From: Patescibacteria group bacterium
Lineage (GTDB): Bacteria > Patescibacteriota > Patescibacteriia > Patescibacteriales > JAQTRU01
Direction of reading: 5' to 3'
Length of the DNA: 64,000 nt
NCBI GenBank assembly: GCA_028716725.1
Contig: JAQUPG010000007.1
Span: 10,205 to 74,204 of the forward strand
Positions 62,336 through 64,000 of the stretch are shown here, in pieces. How positions within the stretch are numbered: the stretch's first letter is position 1; each line of letters opens with the position of its first letter. The position numbers were made by a program, and so were the translations under genes. The notes beneath the pieces are model-generated. The model saw only the letters and a list, made by a program, of their open reading frames with translations, ran no database searches and was not told where the DNA came from.

Positions 62336-62929
62336 TTATTTTTGCTTTTCTTTCCATTTCTGATAATTAATGGCTTCTTCTGTGGTAGCTAAATATCCTT
62401 CAGCCGTATATTTATCTATCTTTTCAAATTCTTCTTCCAGTAGCTTCATTCTGGTTTTCCCTAAAGTAGTTTTTTCAAACCATAATAATTCTCTGGCCGG
62501 AGCGTTAAATATTTGGATTTTCAATTTAGCCTTCTCCATAGTTTTTAAAAATGTCAAATAAGCCCTGGGCTGGTGGAAATTAGAAGCAACCAGGATTATC
62601 TTTTTCCATTTTTTCTCTTTAGCTATCTTCATAACTTCCACGCCTTGCTCATAGGAATTTTGGGAATTTTCTTCTAAAATTATTTTCCGTCGCGAAATAC
62701 TGGCTGGTATTTTTTTTGCCATTATTTTAGCCGGAATGCTAAAGGGAGGAGAATTATATCCTCCGGAAATCAATAGCCTTTCTGCCAGCCCCTGCTTAAA
62801 AATTTTAACCGCTTTATCAAGGCGATGATAAACGTCTCCTTCTAAACAAACCACCGCTTCTGATTTCTTGATTTTGTCATTACTGACAATGGCCATTATT
62901 TTAACTTTTTCCAGTTCTTTGTTTTCCAT
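62336..62929 (-). CDS. DUF218 (YdcF/ElyC/SanA-like) domain protein
   Basis: AVVCLEGDVYHRLDKAVKIFKQGLAERLLISGG and ...ILVASNFHQPRA... patterns. Confidence 0.65.
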   Translation of the reverse strand: MENKELEKVKIMAIVSNDKIKKSEAVVCLEGDVYHRLDKAVKIFKQGLAERLLISGGYNSPPFSIPAKIMAKKIPASISRRKIILEENSQNSYEQGVEVMKIAKEKKWKKIILVASNFHQPRAYLTFLKTMEKAKLKIQIFNAPARELLWFEKTTLGKTRMKLLEEEFEKIDKYTAEGYLATTEEAINYQKWKEKQK

Positions 62930-62953
62930 AAATTTTTATAATTTATATAATTT

Positions 62954-64000
62954 CTAAATAATATCTTCAATATCTTCCCAACTCAATGGCTCGCCAGCTT
63001 CAATATTACGTCTGGCTTTACGCCCAACAATAGCTAGTTTAAATTTCGGCAAAATTCCCAAAGCCGGGCGCAGCTCAATAATATTGTTTAAAGTAATTTC
63101 TTCGCCTTTGGCAATTTTGGAGTTAGCATAAAGCGAACGACGCTGGACTATAACCGTTTCGGCTTCTTCCTCAACAATGTTTTTTTCACCTCCTCCCATA
63201 GCTGACTCCAACTGACGGATACGTTTTACCATCTGGGCAAATTCTTGCGGTTCCATAGAATGGGAATGATCAGGCCCTTTATCTTTTTTGTTTAAAGTGA
63301 AATGTTTCTCAATAACTTTAGCCCCAAGCGCCACTGCTCCCAGAGGAACTATGTCAGTAGGCGCATGATCGGAATAACCGGTTATGATATTATATCTGTC
63401 TTGATATGTTTTTAAAACATTAATATTGGCGCTCTCTATTTTTGACGGATAATTAGTGATACATTGCAATAAAATCAAATTTTTATTACCCGTTCTCTCA
63501 ATCACGGCAATCGCTTCATCAACTTCTTCTAAGGTGCTGGCCCCGGTGGCCAAAATCATTGGTTTATTCTTTTTGGCAATATATTCTAACATTTCATGCC
63601 AGGTAATATCGCCTGACCCGATTTTATAAAAATCTACGCCTAATTCATCCATTAAATCAACAGCGGCAAAATCATAAGGAGCAGATGAAGCCATAATGCC
63701 AATTTCTTTACAATATTCAAAAAATTCTTTATGCCATTCTCGCGGAAATTCAACTTCTTTAAATATTTCATCAACTGGCCGGCCCCAACTGCCGTGAACG
63801 CCTTTTAACTGCATAGAAGCAAAGCCCTTGCCAGAAACGATTTTGGGCGCCAAAAAACTTTGGATTTTAACGACATCGCCGCCAGCCTCTTTTATGGCCA
63901 AAGCTAATTTTTTAGCTTTCTCTAAATCGCCATCAAAATTAGCGCCAATATCAGCCATAATAAAAGCCGGCTGATTTTCTCCGATTAAACGCGGCCCAAT
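62954..64000 (-). CDS. neuB: N-acylneuraminate (nonulosonic acid) synthase, NeuB/SpsE family (N-terminus beyond the window end)
   Basis: ...IGENQPAFIMADIGANFDGDLEKAKKLA... reads in frame to the window edge. TIM-barrel NeuB motifs and a C-terminal SAF domain (...ELRPALGILP...). Confidence 0.9.
   Translation of the reverse strand: MGPRLIGENQPAFIMADIGANFDGDLEKAKKLALAIKEAGGDVVKIQSFLAPKIVSGKGFASMQLKGVHGSWGRPVDEIFKEVEFPREWHKEFFEYCKEIGIMASSAPYDFAAVDLMDELGVDFYKIGSGDITWHEMLEYIAKKNKPMILATGASTLEEVDEAIAVIERTGNKNLILLQCITNYPSKIESANINVLKTYQDRYNIITGYSDHAPTDIVPLGAVALGAKVIEKHFTLNKKDKGPDHSHSMEPQEFAQMVKRIRQLESAMGGGEKNIVEEEAETVIVQRRSLYANSKIAKGEEITLNNIIELRPALGILPKFKLAIVGRKARRNIEAGEPLSWEDIEDII

Noticed and set aside
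138-63958. Dozens of plus-strand ORFs in the track that lie inside long minus-strand genes. Examples: 138..455, 661..903, 8418..8726, 12474..12929, 19732..20322, 30105..30455, 40187..40579, 42108..42491, 45036..45434, 50695..51084, 53824..54210.
   Set aside because: They are antisense shadows of well-supported genes. They lack SD sequences and recognisable motifs, and their low-complexity Ser/Pro/Leu/Phe-rich translations are typical of the reverse frames of AT-rich genes.

Overview
The window is an AT-rich bacterial chromosomal segment, roughly high-30s % G+C by eye. About 65 CDS are packed almost wall-to-wall, and nearly all are on the minus strand. The gene style suggests a reduced Patescibacteria/CPR-like (Parcubacteria-type) genome: many short divergent housekeeping proteins, a stand-alone four-helix-bundle protein, swivel-domain-only PEP-utiliser proteins, and a LemA-TPM pair. 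That placement is inference and cannot be verified here.

Gene blocks:
- 1-7.1 kb: a MacB-type ABC exporter (two FtsX permeases, an ATPase, a long-coiled-coil HlyD adaptor). It also holds a receiver-only response regulator and a strongly signalled 47-aa peptide gene. Two opposite-strand orphan genes interrupt it.
- 7-13 kb: dTDP-sugar enzymes, a HIT protein, a PAS histidine kinase and a PfkB kinase.
- 14-20.5 kb: mreB, four-helix-bundle protein, mreC, mreD, then three tandem paralogs carrying only the phosphohistidine swivel domain of PEP-utilising enzymes.
- 20.6-45.6 kb: housekeeping genes (proS, ruvA, U32, NIF3-like, TPM/LemA, PP-loop ATPase, ileS, maf, secA, hpf, rseP, frr, holB). Several G+C-richer single-gene orphans sit among them, including a 560-aa ParB-like protein.
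- 45.7-64 kb: a surface-glycan locus. It has a priming sugar transferase, a nodPQH-like PAPS module (cysD, cysN/C fusion, sulfotransferase), an Rrf2 regulator, a TauE permease and an HxHxQ-motif orphan. It continues with wecB, a GT4, a pyruvyl transferase, a broken FkbM methyltransferase and a nonulosonic-acid set (class-III aminotransferase, acetyltransferase, SpsF-like cytidylyltransferase, NeuB).

I found no rRNA, tRNA, CRISPR array, transposase or integrase.

The DNA carries several small repeat families:
- heptanucleotide tandem arrays, both intergenic and in-frame inside ileS, the PP-loop ATPase and the PfkB kinase;
- G+C-rich perfect palindromes embedded in-frame in CDS;
- a MITE-like element with ATCCCGCACCTTTT terminal inverted repeats (2 copies);
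- a ~95-nt structured repeat (2 copies);
- a 20-bp CCTGCCTRCCGGCAGGCAGG palindrome (3 copies);
- an inverted repeat that brackets the start codons of two unrelated genes.

My best candidates for something undescribed:
1. the three swivel-domain-only phosphotransfer proteins joined to the mre operon;
2. the sulfation module with its HxHxQ orphan;
3. the self-contained G+C-rich orphan cassettes and the small structured repeats associated with them.

All functional calls come from motif reading of the ORF-track proteins. No searches were run.
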